DNA of 32,000 bases from Aliivibrio fischeri ES114 (GTDB lineage: Bacteria > Pseudomonadota > Gammaproteobacteria > Enterobacterales > Vibrionaceae), in the NCBI RefSeq assembly GCF_000011805.1, contig NC_006840.2, one strand, 5' to 3'. A program made the translations under genes and the position numbers. Positions within the stretch are counted from its first letter, which is position 1. Each line of letters starts with the position of its first letter. The notes under the pieces were generated by a model, which was not told the origin of the DNA, did no database searches, and worked only from the letters and a program-made list of their open reading frames with translations. Below, in pieces: positions 19,209 through 29,425 of the stretch.

Positions 19209-20867
19209 ATGAGTGAAACTGAAACTCGTCCTACCAACTTTATCCGTCAAATTATTGATGAAGATTTAAAGTCTGGTAAACATTCCAGTGTCCATACTCG
19301 TTTCCCGCCAGAGCCAAATGGCTATCTGCATATCGGACACGCAAAATCTATCTGTTTGAATTTTGGTATTGCTCAAGATTATCAGGGTCAGTGTAATCTT
19401 CGTTTTGACGATACAAACCCTGAGAAAGAAGACATCGAATACGTTGAGTCTATTAAGAATGACGTTAACTGGTTAGGTTTTCAGTGGAGTGGAGATATTC
19501 AATATTCTTCAAACTACTTTGATAAGCTATATGGTTATGCTGTTGAATTAATTGAAAAAGGATTAGCGTATGTTGATGAGCTAACTCCTGAGCAAATGCG
19601 TGAATACCGTGGTTCTCTAAAAGAGCCAGGTAAAAACAGCCCGTACCGTGATCGTAGCGTAGAAGAAAACCTAGCGTTATTTGAACAAATGCGTGATGGT
19701 AAATTTAAAGAAGGCACAATTTGCTTACGAGCTAAAATTGATATGGCTTCTTCATTCATCGTACTTCGTGATCCTGTTATTTATCGTGTACGTTTTGCTA
19801 CTCACCATCAAACTGGTGATAAGTGGTGCATTTACCCAATGTACGACTTCACACACTGTATTTCTGATGCGTTAGAAGGCATTACGCACTCTATTTGTAC
19901 GCTTGAATTCCAAGACAACCGTCGTTTATACGATTGGGTACTAGAGAACATCACAATTGATTGCCAACCGCGTCAATATGAATTTAGCCGTCTAAATCTT
20001 GAATATACGGTAATGTCTAAGCGTAAGCTGAACCAACTAGTGACTGAGAAATTAGTAAATGGTTGGGATGACCCACGTATGCCTACTGTTTCTGGTTTAC
20101 GTCGTCGTGGCTTTACTTCTGCATCAATTCGCGAGTTCTGTAAGCGTATCGGTGTAACGAAACAAGAAAACATGATTGAATTCAGCTCTCTTGAGTCTTG
20201 TATTCGCGATGATTTAAACGAATCAGCACCTCGTGCAATGGCTGTTCTTGAGCCAGTGAAACTTGTGATTGAAAACTACGAAGAAGGTAAGGTTGAGACG
20301 CTAAATATTGCTAACCATCCAAATAAACCTGAAATGGGCACTCGTGAAGTACCATTTACTCGTGAAGTTTATATTGAACAAGATGATTTCCGCGAAGAAG
20401 CGAACAAAAAATACAAGCGTTTAGTGCTAGGTAAAGAAGTTCGTTTACGTGGTGCTTACGTTATTCAAGCTAACCGTATTGAAAAAGACGAAGCAGGTAA
20501 TATCACAACGATTTTCTGTAGTTACGATGAAGATACGTTAGGTAAAAACCCTGCAGATGGTCGTAAAGTTAAAGGTGTTATTCACTGGGTTTCTGCTGAT
20601 AAAGCATTACCAGCTGAAATTCGTTTATACGATCGTTTATTTACTGTACCAAACCCAGGTGCTGCGGATGATTTTGCTGCAACAATCAACCCTGAGTCTT
20701 TAGTGGTTAAAAATGGTTTTGTTGAACCTAGTTTAGCAACAGCAGAAGCTGAAGTTGGTTATCAGTTTGAGCGTACAGGTTACTTCTGTGCAGATAACAA
20801 AGACTCAAGTGCTGATGCATTAGTCTTTAACCGTACTGTAGGTTTACGTGATACTTGGGCTGGTTAA
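19209..20867 (+). CDS. glnS: Glutaminyl-tRNA synthetase
   Basis: 552 aa; class I HIGH-type [26 protein letters not shown], and VMSKRK (KMSKS-type) motif. Confidence 0.98.
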
Positions 20868-20886
20868 TTAATCATTGCTAGCTAAT

Positions 20887-20916
20887 AAAAAACCAGCATG
20901 AAAATGCTGGTTTTTT
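20887..20916. terminator. Bidirectional terminator between glnS and fur
   Basis: AAAAAACCAGCAT GAAA ATGCTGGTTTTTT between convergent genes. Confidence 0.92.
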
Positions 20917-20945
20917 TATATGAGCTTGTCGCAAAAAGCGATTAA

Positions 20946-21389
20946 TTAAGCGTTGTGTGCATCATCATTATCAGCACAATCACCCGTTATACAGTGACCA
21001 TATAGGTACAAACTGTGATTAGTTAGACGGACATTGTACTTTTCTGCAACTTGTTTTTGACGTTGCTCAATTGTTTCATCCGAGAACTCAATTACTTTTC
21101 CACAATCTAAGCAAACTAAATGATCATGGTGATGTTGAGTTGCTAATTCAAAAACTGATTTACCGCCTTCAAAATGGTGGCGAGTGACGATACCAGCATC
21201 ATCAAATTGGTTTAATACACGGTAAACAGTTGCAAGTCCGATTTCTTCACCGATATCAATCAGCTTTTTATACAAATCTTCAGCGCTAATGTGTTGGCAC
21301 TCTGGTTCTTGTAGCACTTCTAAAATTTTAAGGCGCGGAAGGGTTACTTTTAAACCGGCTTTTTTTAGAGCTTGGTTATTATCTGACAT
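20946..21389 (-). CDS. fur: Ferric uptake regulator Fur
   Basis: 147 aa; HHHDHLVCLDCGKVIEF metal-binding motif, GLATVYRVLNQFDDAGIV DNA-binding region. Confidence 0.98.
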   Translation of the reverse strand: MSDNNQALKKAGLKVTLPRLKILEVLQEPECQHISAEDLYKKLIDIGEEIGLATVYRVLNQFDDAGIVTRHHFEGGKSVFELATQHHHDHLVCLDCGKVIEFSDETIEQRQKQVAEKYNVRLTNHSLYLYGHCITGDCADNDDAHNA

Positions 21390-21569
21390 CGACTTTTCCT
21401 GTTTTGGCTTTCTGCATCGATTTCCTGTGCAGTTTTAATCACTTAATTATAGGGAACATTCAATTCAGTTGAAACCTTATATGCAAGATCTCTTACAAAA
21501 AAATAGATGTTGATCTTTTGTTAACAAAGAAACTATTATGAGGTCTGACCAGAATTAAAGAGATTAAAT

Positions 21570-22034
21570 ATGTATCGTTACTTTACCCCAAAAATTGTAA
21601 AAAGGGCATTAAATATTTGGCCTCCATTTTGGGGGGCTGGGATCTCAATCGAAAATATTTCATCAGACTTTCAAGAAGTAAGTGTGATTCTGAAAGACCG
21701 CTTTTGGAATCGAAATGCCAATAGAACTCAGTATGGTGGCAGTATTTTTTCTATGACCGATCCTGTATTCTCTCTCATGTTAATGGGGATATTAAGAGAT
21801 GAATATTATGTATGGGATAAACAATCTGAAATAGATTTTATTTCACCAGGAACCACTGATTTACACGCTCGGTTTGTGATATCAGATGAACAATTAGCTG
21901 AAATCAAACAAGAAACAAAAGAAGGGGAAAAGCATTTTCCGCAATTTGAAGTATATATTTATGATAAAAAAGGGAAGGTAGTTGCTAGGGTAAATAGAAC
22001 ATTATATGTAAGGAAGAAACCAGAGTTTAGATAA
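21570..22034 (+). CDS. DUF4442-like, hotdog-fold thioesterase-related protein
   Basis: 154 aa; RNANRTQYGGSIFSMTDPVFSLMLMGIL and SEIDFISPG patterns resemble DUF4442 proteins. Family assignment is from recall only. Confidence 0.7.
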   Translation: MYRYFTPKIVKRALNIWPPFWGAGISIENISSDFQEVSVILKDRFWNRNANRTQYGGSIFSMTDPVFSLMLMGILRDEYYVWDKQSEIDFISPGTTDLHARFVISDEQLAEIKQETKEGEKHFPQFEVYIYDKKGKVVARVNRTLYVRKKPEFR

Positions 22035-22087
22035 TGCTCCCTACACTAAATGAGTGATAGGCAGAGAGCATTATAGGAATTAGAATA

Positions 22088-22615
22088 TTAGTCTTCTAAT
22101 TCTGCTAAGCACATTTCTTCGTGGATTTGGTTTACCCACTTAGTAACACGCTCTTCAGTTAGCTCTGGTTGGCGATCTTCATCAATACATAGACCAACAA
22201 AGTTATCATCATCTACTAATGCTTTAGACGCTTCAAACTCATAACCTTCAGTTGGCCAGTAACCGATGATAGTACCGCCTTTTGCTTCTACGATATCACG
22301 GATATTACCCATCGCATCACAGAAGTATTCAGCGTAATCTTCTTGGTCACCACAACCAAAAATAGCAACTAGCTTTGTTGAAAAGTCAATTTCTTCTAGT
22401 TCAGGGAAGAAATCATCCCAATCACATTGAGCTTCACCGTAGTACCATGTAGGGATACCTAATAGAAGTAGATCGAAATTATCGATATCTTCTTTGCTGC
22501 TTTTAGCAATATCTTGTACATGAACTAGCTTTTTACCAAGCTGCTTTTGAATCATCTTGCCAACAGCTTCAGTGTTACCTGTATCGCTGCCAAAGAAGAG
22601 TCCTACACTTGCCAT
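22088..22615 (-). CDS. fldA: Flavodoxin I
   Basis: 175 aa; FFGSDTGNTEAVGKMI FMN-binding loop, GIPTWYYGEAQCDWDDF, FGCGDQEDYAEYFCDA. Confidence 0.96.
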   Translation of the reverse strand: MASVGLFFGSDTGNTEAVGKMIQKQLGKKLVHVQDIAKSSKEDIDNFDLLLLGIPTWYYGEAQCDWDDFFPELEEIDFSTKLVAIFGCGDQEDYAEYFCDAMGNIRDIVEAKGGTIIGYWPTEGYEFEASKALVDDDNFVGLCIDEDRQPELTEERVTKWVNQIHEEMCLAELED

Positions 22616-22674
22616 ATGATGAATACCTGTATTGTCTATATTAAATAAAAATAAATGGTGTTAGATCAGTCAAT

Positions 22675-22896
22675 TTAATTGAGTCCAGAACCTTCCCAGC
22701 TCAGCTGGATGAGTCCTTTAGCAATAAAGCCTGCACAACCTAAAAAGAGAACAAGCCATACAATTTTACGGCCGAAAGGGGGAACATTTGCTTGCTTTAA
22801 TACATCTTTAATAGCCATACCGATAAAAAAGAATATCGAGGCAAACAATAAATCTAAACCAATAGATTCAATGAGATCAAAATGTTCATAAAGCAT
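22675..22896 (-). CDS. Small two-TM membrane protein, DUF2788-like
   Basis: 73 aa; two hydrophobic segments (LLFASIFFFIGMAI; IVWLVLFLGCAGFIAKGLIQL), positioned between fldA and the ybfF-like gene. Confidence 0.75.
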   Translation of the reverse strand: MLYEHFDLIESIGLDLLFASIFFFIGMAIKDVLKQANVPPFGRKIVWLVLFLGCAGFIAKGLIQLSWEGSGLN

Positions 22897-22983
22897 GAAT
22901 CACCCTTATCTTAAGTAAGCGACCTATATCTGATCGAATAATTTTGCAAAACTATATCATAGCTTTGTCTTTGTTGGTATGGA

Positions 22984-23760
22984 TTATCGATTTGTCACTT
23001 TTTCAATGAAGCGTTTTATGACTCGATAAATTGTTTCGGGCTTTTCTGCATGTAACCAATGTCCAGTTCCGTTAACAATGTGCGCTTTGGCATTTGGGAA
23101 TTGGCTTATAATATTCGCTTGATGTTCAGCTAAAATATAGTCTGAGTTTTGCCCCTTAATAAAGATAACATCACCTTCAAAAGCGGGAATATTATCCCAG
23201 CCAATAATCTGTGCGTAATTATCAAATAAAGCATTCACATTAAAGCGAAGAGTAAGGTGCTCTTGTTCTTTATATAGTGATTTACTTAAAAATTGTCTAA
23301 CACCAGGATCAACAATAGAGGTGGCAAGTAAGTCGTCTGCTTCTTTACGTGTTGTTGGTTTATTATTAAGGATCTTGTGCAAACCTGAGAATACAGCATC
23401 ATGTTTTCTCTCAGGGTAAGCAACAGGAGCCATGTCTAAAATTGATAGAGATTGAATCAATTGTGGTGATTGACTCGCTAGCGCCATTGCTACTTTCCCA
23501 CCCATTGAATGGCCAACAATATGCGCTGAAGTGATAGATAAATGATCGAATAAATTAACAAGATCGTTTGCAAGTTCATGATAATTATGAATATCCGAGT
23601 GGAATGAACGACCGTGATTTCGAAGATCAACACTGATCACTCGATATTCTGTTTCAAATTGTCGAGCAAGAAGGCCTAAGTTGTCTAAGCTTCCAAATAA
23701 TCCATGAATTAGGATCAAAGGATCCCCATTTCCTTGTTCTTTATAGTTAAGTAACATCAT
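22984..23760 (-). CDS. ybfF: Alpha/beta-hydrolase fold esterase, YbfF-like
   Basis: 258 aa; LIHGLFGSLDNLG oxyanion region, GHSMGGKVAM nucleophile elbow, C-terminal NGTGHWLHAEKP His; syntenic next to seqA. Confidence 0.88.
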   Translation of the reverse strand: MMLLNYKEQGNGDPLILIHGLFGSLDNLGLLARQFETEYRVISVDLRNHGRSFHSDIHNYHELANDLVNLFDHLSITSAHIVGHSMGGKVAMALASQSPQLIQSLSILDMAPVAYPERKHDAVFSGLHKILNNKPTTRKEADDLLATSIVDPGVRQFLSKSLYKEQEHLTLRFNVNALFDNYAQIIGWDNIPAFEGDVIFIKGQNSDYILAEHQANIISQFPNAKAHIVNGTGHWLHAEKPETIYRVIKRFIEKVTNR

Positions 23761-23855
23761 TTTTCTATCGTTGTGTTAGGTTTGTCGTAGAGTATCACGA
23801 TTTTACAGGGTATAATCGTGCCTTCATAAATAGATTATAGAATACGAACCATATA

Positions 23856-24398
23856 ATGAAGACAATTGAAGTAGACGAAGAACTATACCGCTTTATTGCG
23901 AGCCAAACTCAACACATCGGTGAAAGTGCCTCTGATATTTTACGTCGTCTCTTAATGCAGTCATCACCTTCAGACCTTGCTGTTTCTGCTCCTGTTGAAG
24001 TACAGAAAAAAGGCATTGTAGTCAGTAAAGATGCTGGTAAAGAGGCATCGGTAGATCGCGTTAAAGCGGTGCGTACCTTATTAATCTCTGATGAATTCTC
24101 AGCATTAGATAAAGCGATCGATCGCTTTTTAACTGTATTATCTGAATTATATAAAATTGACTCAAAAGCTTTCTCTGAAGCAACGGAAGTAAAAGGCCGT
24201 ACTCGAGTTTATTTTGCTGACAATCAAGAGACATTAATCGCGAGCGGTAAAACGACAAAGCCTCGTGAAATTGTAGGTACTCCATTCTGGGTAATCACAA
24301 ATACAAATACTAATCGCAAGCGCCACATGGTTGAATTATTAATGGAGCGAATGGGCTTCCAACATGATTTAACAGAAAAAGTGTGTGCGGCGATCTAA
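23856..24398 (+). CDS. seqA: Negative modulator of replication initiation SeqA
   Basis: 180 aa; N-terminal MKTIEVDEELYRFIASQTQHIGESASDILRRLL and C-terminal PFWVITNTNTNRKRHMVELLMERMGF hemimethylated-GATC-binding region. Confidence 0.97.
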   Translation: MKTIEVDEELYRFIASQTQHIGESASDILRRLLMQSSPSDLAVSAPVEVQKKGIVVSKDAGKEASVDRVKAVRTLLISDEFSALDKAIDRFLTVLSELYKIDSKAFSEATEVKGRTRVYFADNQETLIASGKTTKPREIVGTPFWVITNTNTNRKRHMVELLMERMGFQHDLTEKVCAAI

Positions 24399-24446
24399 TT
24401 TTTTGAGTCATAACTCAAATCATAATTTGTCACAAGGAATCGTCAA

Positions 24447-26093
24447 ATGGCTATACATCCTCGTGCTGGGCAGAAAGCTCAGCAAGAAGATTTACACAAT
24501 ATCCCATCATTAGTTGCTAATTATTTCTTATTAGAACCGAACCCAACAAATGTTGATCAGCAAGTGCAATTTGGTACTTCTGGCCACCGTGGTACGGCAG
24601 ATAAAGCGACGTTTAACCAACATCATATTTGGGCGATAGCTCAAGCTGTGGCTGACGTACGTAAAGAAAATGGCGTAACGGGTCCATTATTTTTAGGTAA
24701 AGATACCCACGCGCTATCTGAACCTGCATTCACATCTGCTATTGAAGTACTTGTTGCTAATGGCGTTGAAGTGATCATTCAAGAAAATAATGGCTACACA
24801 CCAACTCCTGGTATCTCGCATGCAATCTTAACGCACAATGTTAAGTGTGAAGATAAAGCGGATGGCATTGTGATAACTCCTTCTCATAACCCACCTCAAG
24901 ATGGCGGTATTAAATATAATCCTGTTCATGGTGGTCCTGCCGAGGGTGAGCTGACGACGGCAATTGAAAATCGTGCAAATCAATTAATTGCAAATGAATT
25001 AAAAGATGTTAAACGTGTATCAATTACTGAAGCGATGTCATCTGATTTAGTAAAGCAAATGGATTTAGTGCAGCCTTATATTGATGACTTAAAAAATGTT
25101 ATTAATATTGAAGCGATTCAAAAAGCAAACCTAAAATTAGGTGTTGATCCATTAGGTGGTTCTGGTATTGAGTACTGGCGTCAAATTGGCCAAGCTTTTG
25201 ATCTTGATTTAACGTTGGTGAGTGAAGCGATTGATCCTTCATTCCAGTTTATGTCACTAGATAAAGATGGTGTAGTTCGAATGGACTGCTCGTCTCCTTA
25301 TGCAATGGCTGGTCTATTATCATTAAAAGATGAATATGACCTAGCGTTTGGTAATGATCCTGATTATGACCGTCATGGTATCGTAACGCCATCGGGCTTA
25401 ATGAATCCAAATCACTACTTAGCGGTATGTATTGATTATCTATACCGTCATCGTCCAGAGTGGAAACCTGAAGTTGCTGTTGGTAAAACATTAGTATCTT
25501 CTGCAATTATCGATAAAGTAGTTGCTGATCTTGGCCGTGATTTGTGTGAAGTGCCTGTAGGCTTTAAGTGGTTTGTAGATGGCTTATATGCAGGCTCTTT
25601 AGGCTTTGGTGGTGAAGAAAGTGCAGGTGCTTCTTTCTTACGTTTTGATGGTACGCCTTGGTCAACTGATAAAGATGGTATTCTTTTGTGTCTTCTTGCG
25701 GCTGAAATCACAGCTGTTACCGGTATGAATCCACAAGAATACTACAACAAACTGGCTGCTCAGCATGGCGAATCTAGCTACAATCGTATTCAAGCGGTTG
25801 CTAACAAAGCGCAAAAAGCCGTGCTAAGTAAGTTATCACCAGAAATGGTTTCAGCAACAATGCTTGCTGGTGATGAGATCACTGCTCGTTTAACACATGC
25901 TCCTGGTAACGGTGCAGCAATTGGTGGATTAAAAGTAACAACTGAAAATGGTTGGTTTGCTGCTCGTCCATCAGGCACAGAAGAGATCTATAAGATTTAC
26001 TGTGAAAGTTTTAAAGGTGCTGATCACTTAGCACTGATTGAACAAGAAGCTCAAGAAATTGTAAGTAACGTGTTTAAAGAAGCCGGTTTATAA
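24447..26093 (+). CDS. pgm: Phosphoglucomutase (alpha-D-glucose phosphate-specific)
   Basis: 548 aa; [21 protein letters not shown], active-site [28 protein letters not shown]. Confidence 0.96.
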   Translation: MAIHPRAGQKAQQEDLHNIPSLVANYFLLEPNPTNVDQQVQFGTSGHRGTADKATFNQHHIWAIAQAVADVRKENGVTGPLFLGKDTHALSEPAFTSAIEVLVANGVEVIIQENNGYTPTPGISHAILTHNVKCEDKADGIVITPSHNPPQDGGIKYNPVHGGPAEGELTTAIENRANQLIANELKDVKRVSITEAMSSDLVKQMDLVQPYIDDLKNVINIEAIQKANLKLGVDPLGGSGIEYWRQIGQAFDLDLTLVSEAIDPSFQFMSLDKDGVVRMDCSSPYAMAGLLSLKDEYDLAFGNDPDYDRHGIVTPSGLMNPNHYLAVCIDYLYRHRPEWKPEVAVGKTLVSSAIIDKVVADLGRDLCEVPVGFKWFVDGLYAGSLGFGGEESAGASFLRFDGTPWSTDKDGILLCLLAAEITAVTGMNPQEYYNKLAAQHGESSYNRIQAVANKAQKAVLSKLSPEMVSATMLAGDEITARLTHAPGNGAAIGGLKVTTENGWFAARPSGTEEIYKIYCESFKGADHLALIEQEAQEIVSNVFKEAGL

Positions 26094-26113
26094 TTTTTTA
26101 AGTAATACAAATT

Positions 26114-26140
26114 AAGCAGCGCATGTCGCTGCTTTTTTTT
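26114..26140 (+). terminator. Terminator after pgm
   Basis: AAGCAGCG (26114-26121) / CGCTGCTT (26127-26134), loop CATGT, followed by TTTTTT; only 18 nt upstream of the next start codon. Confidence 0.85.
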
Positions 26141-26157
26141 GATAAGAAGGTCATGAC

Positions 26158-26913
26158 ATGAATAATTTTCAGTTAGAACAATTATTAAACTCAGAGTTAA
26201 AACCTCAATTAATTAAAGATTATTGCCCAAATGGTCTTCAAGTTGAAGGTTCAAATGAGATAAAAAAGATCGTAACAGGGGTTACTGCATCTCAAGCTTT
26301 AATTGATGCCGCTATTGAAGAAAATGCAGATGCATTACTTGTGCATCATGGCTATTTTTGGAAAGGGGAAGCCGAGCCAATCACTGGAATGAAAGGTAAG
26401 CGTATTCGTTCATTAATTCAAAATGATATTAATCTATTTGCTTACCATTTGCCTTTAGATATTCATCCAACGTTGGGTAATAACGCTGAGCTAGCTCGTT
26501 TATTTTCGGTCTCAAATGTGGAAGGGCTAGAAGCGACACCACAATCGATCGCTATGAAAGGAGAGCTGACTGAAACGCTATCAGGCGAAGAATTTGCACA
26601 GCGTATTCAGCAAGTATTAAATCGCGAACCATTGCATATTAAACCAACACAAGACAAGCCGATTAAAACGGTTGCTTGGTGTTCTGGTGGTGGCCAAGAT
26701 TATATAGAATTGGCGGCTCAACAGGGGATGGATGCGTTTATTTCGGGTGAGATTTCGGAACGTACGACTTACATTGCTCGTGAACTAGGGATTCACTATT
26801 TTGCTGCAGGTCATCATGCAACAGAGCGTTATGGTATTAAAGCGTTAGGTGAGTGGTTAGAAAAAGAGCATGGGTTTGATGTTAAGTTTATTGATATCGA
26901 TAACCCAGTATAG
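26158..26913 (+). CDS. ybgI: NIF3/YbgI-family dinuclear metal-binding protein
   Basis: 251 aa; DYCPNGLQVEG, LLVHHGYFWKG, YHLPLDIHPTLGNNAELA, FISGEISERTTYIARE, AGHHATERYG motifs. Confidence 0.92.
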   Translation: MNNFQLEQLLNSELKPQLIKDYCPNGLQVEGSNEIKKIVTGVTASQALIDAAIEENADALLVHHGYFWKGEAEPITGMKGKRIRSLIQNDINLFAYHLPLDIHPTLGNNAELARLFSVSNVEGLEATPQSIAMKGELTETLSGEEFAQRIQQVLNREPLHIKPTQDKPIKTVAWCSGGGQDYIELAAQQGMDAFISGEISERTTYIARELGIHYFAAGHHATERYGIKALGEWLEKEHGFDVKFIDIDNPV

Positions 26914-26944
26914 TCTATTTTGAGTTATCAATACGGTGATATAA

Positions 26945-26976
26945 AAAAAGGTTGATGTATTTACATCAACCTTTTT
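26945..26976. terminator. Bidirectional terminator between ybgI-like gene and gltA
   Basis: Near-perfect AAAAAGGTTGATGTA / TACATCAACCTTTTT inverted repeat between convergent genes. Confidence 0.92.
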
Positions 26977-27005
26977 GTTCATAGGCCTAACGATTTAAAC
27001 CGACA

Positions 27006-28295
27006 TTATTCACGCTCATGAAGCGGTTTAAACTCGCGTAGTTCTTCACCTGTATAAAGTTGGCGAGGACGACCGATACGATTTGTTGGATCACTGTGCA
27101 TTTCGCTCCAGTGTGCAATCCAGCCAACAGTACGAGACATTGCAAAGATAACCGTAAACATAGATACAGGAATACCAATTGCTTTTAAGATAATACCTGA
27201 GTAGAAATCTACGTTTGGATACAATTTCTTAGATACAAAATATTCATCAGAAAGTGCAATACGTTCAAGTTCCATTGCGACATCAAGTAGTGGATCTTTA
27301 ATGTTTAGTTCTTTTAGAACATCGTGACATGCTTCACGCATTACGGTTGCACGAGGGTCATAGTTCTTATAAACACGGTGACCGAAGCCCATTAGGCGGA
27401 ATGGGTCATCCTTATCTTTTGCTTTTGCAACGTATTCATCAATGTTGTCTACAGAGCCGATTTCTTCAAGCATACGTAAACATGCTTCGTTAGCACCACC
27501 ATGAGCAGGTCCCCATAGAGAAGCAATACCAGCAGCGATACAAGCAAATGGATTCGCACCTGATGAACCAGCTAAACGAACGGTTGATGTTGATGCATTT
27601 TGTTCGTGATCGGCATGTAGCGTAAAGATTTTATCCATTGCTCGTGCAACAACAGGGTTTACTTCATATTCTTCACACGGATTAGCGAACATCATGTGTA
27701 AGAAGTTTTCTGCGTAAGTCAGATCATTACGAGGATAGATGAACGGTTGTCCAATTGAGTATTTGTAAGACATTGCTGAAAGAGTTGGCATTTTTGATAG
27801 TAATCTAAATGCAGCAATTTCGCGGTGTTCATCGTTATTGATATCTAAAGAATCGTGATAGAAAGCAGCCAGTGCTCCTACAACACCACACATTACGGCC
27901 ATAGGGTGAGCATCACGGCGGAAGCCATGGAAGAAGCTTGAAATTTGCTCATGTACCATTGTGTGGCGAGTTACGATGTCCTTGAACGTTTCATATTCTT
28001 CTCTGTTTGGCGCTTCGCCATTTAGAAGGATATAACAGACTTCAAGGTAATCTGCATTGTTAGCTAACTGATCAATAGGGAAACCACGGTGCAATAGAAC
28101 ACCTTTATCACCATCGATATAGGTAATTTGAGACTCACAAGATGCAGTGGCAAGAAAACCAGGGTCGAAAGTAAAGTAACCATTCGCTCCTAATTTACGC
28201 ACATCGATCACTTCTGGACCAATCGTTCCATCCATGATTGGCATGTCTATAGGCGATTGACCTTCAATATGAAGTGTTGCCTTTTTATCTGCCAT
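27006..28295 (-). CDS. gltA: Citrate synthase (type II, hexameric)
   Basis: 429 aa; [79 protein letters not shown]. Confidence 0.98.
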   Translation of the reverse strand: MADKKATLHIEGQSPIDMPIMDGTIGPEVIDVRKLGANGYFTFDPGFLATASCESQITYIDGDKGVLLHRGFPIDQLANNADYLEVCYILLNGEAPNREEYETFKDIVTRHTMVHEQISSFFHGFRRDAHPMAVMCGVVGALAAFYHDSLDINNDEHREIAAFRLLSKMPTLSAMSYKYSIGQPFIYPRNDLTYAENFLHMMFANPCEEYEVNPVVARAMDKIFTLHADHEQNASTSTVRLAGSSGANPFACIAAGIASLWGPAHGGANEACLRMLEEIGSVDNIDEYVAKAKDKDDPFRLMGFGHRVYKNYDPRATVMREACHDVLKELNIKDPLLDVAMELERIALSDEYFVSKKLYPNVDFYSGIILKAIGIPVSMFTVIFAMSRTVGWIAHWSEMHSDPTNRIGRPRQLYTGEELREFKPLHERE

Positions 28296-28703
28296 AACAT
28301 TCTCCTTTTGTTATATTTTTATTCTATCCCGGATATGAGAGTGACAACTTTGTACCCATTACACGGGCTAAAGTCAATTTTTGTGCGCTTATGTGTGCAC
28401 TTGTTTATATTTTTAATGAAAAAAAAGTTAATTTTCTGTGGTGTGATGTAAGTTTTGTTTATGGGTTTGTAATAAGATGTTTCACATCGTATACTGCGGC
28501 TGAGTTTCTGGTCTGTTTCCTTATATTATATGGGGTTAACGTGATTTTCATCTACTTATAAATAGAGTGAAGTTTATATATTTAGCTCAATAAAGAGATG
28601 TTGCTCACATCAAAAGTTGCATAAATGTTAAATCTAGGCGGTTTTTGATAGATCGGAGGTATCTATAACAATAAAATGCTCAATGGAGCTGAGTGAGCCC
28701 CTT

Positions 28704-29084
28704 GTGAAAGTTAAAAAGTCAAGACCTGTCAACCTAGATCTACAAACGATCCGTTTTCCTATAACGGCTATCGCCTCAATCTTGCATCGCGTGAGTGGTG
28801 TAATTACTTTTGTTTCTGTCGGAATATTGCTTTGGTTGCTCAACCTATCGCTTTCTTCACCTATTGGATTTGCACAAGCCGCTGATTATGTCGATGGCTT
28901 TTTTGTGACTTTCATTATGTGGGGAATTCTGACTGCTCTTGCTTACCATATTGTCGTAGGTATTCGTCATTTACTGATGGATATGGGCTATTTTGAAGAG
29001 CTCGAGTCAGGCACTCAAAGTGCTAAAGTTGCGTTTGCAATTACAGCCGTATTGTCACTTTTAGCAGGAGTATTGGTATGGTAG
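28704..29084 (+). CDS. sdhC: Succinate dehydrogenase cytochrome b556 subunit
   Basis: [42 protein letters not shown] is near-identical to E. coli SdhC. The supplied ORF starts at 28683; GTG at 28704 gives a start closer to the E. coli protein. The exact start is uncertain. Confidence 0.93.
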   Translation: MKVKKSRPVNLDLQTIRFPITAIASILHRVSGVITFVSVGILLWLLNLSLSSPIGFAQAADYVDGFFVTFIMWGILTALAYHIVVGIRHLLMDMGYFEELESGTQSAKVAFAITAVLSLLAGVLVW

Positions 29085-29425
29085 CTAATGTTTCGTCATT
29101 TGGTCGTAACGGTGTACACGATTTTATTCTGATTCGTGCCAGTGCGATCATTCTTACTCTATACACATTATACATTGTTGGCTTTTGTGCCTTTGGGCCA
29201 GAGTTAACGTATTTGTCATGGACTAACTTCTTTGGTGGACTATTTACAAAAGCGTTTACCATGTTAGCGCTATTGTCCATTCTAATTCATGCATGGATTG
29301 GTTTATGGCAAGTGCTTACTGATTATATCAAACCAGTTATGTTGCGTGCTCTGCTTCAGCTTGGGTTGGTATCTGTTCTGTTTGTCTATTTCTTCTCTGG
29401 TTTAATTATAGTGTGGGGTGTGTAG
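29078..29425 (+). CDS. sdhD: Succinate dehydrogenase membrane anchor subunit
   Basis: 115 aa; [28 protein letters not shown] and [18 protein letters not shown] typical of SdhD; overlaps the sdhC 3' end. Confidence 0.94.
   Translation: MVANVSSFGRNGVHDFILIRASAIILTLYTLYIVGFCAFGPELTYLSWTNFFGGLFTKAFTMLALLSILIHAWIGLWQVLTDYIKPVMLRALLQLGLVSVLFVYFFSGLIIVWGV

Noticed and set aside
19056-19250. 64-aa minus-strand ORF between nagE and glnS
   Set aside because: Begins inside glnS, runs through the nagE terminator, and has no recognisable motif.
25249-25711. Two antisense ORFs of 85 and 87 aa inside pgm
   Set aside because: Shadow ORFs opposite a conserved enzyme; no independent coding evidence.
28257-28451. 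64-aa plus-strand ORF across the gltA start and gltA/sdhC spacer
   Set aside because: Low-complexity hydrophobic translation ([19 protein letters not shown]) from AT-rich DNA overlapping the gltA 5' end; likely chance.
28296-28703. Possible CRP/ArcA sites in the 400-bp gltA/sdhC spacer, e.g. AGAGATGTTGCTCACA near 28594-28608
   Set aside because: Regulation by such factors is expected from E. coli, but only the TCACA half is good here. A matrix scan is needed, so I did not call a site.
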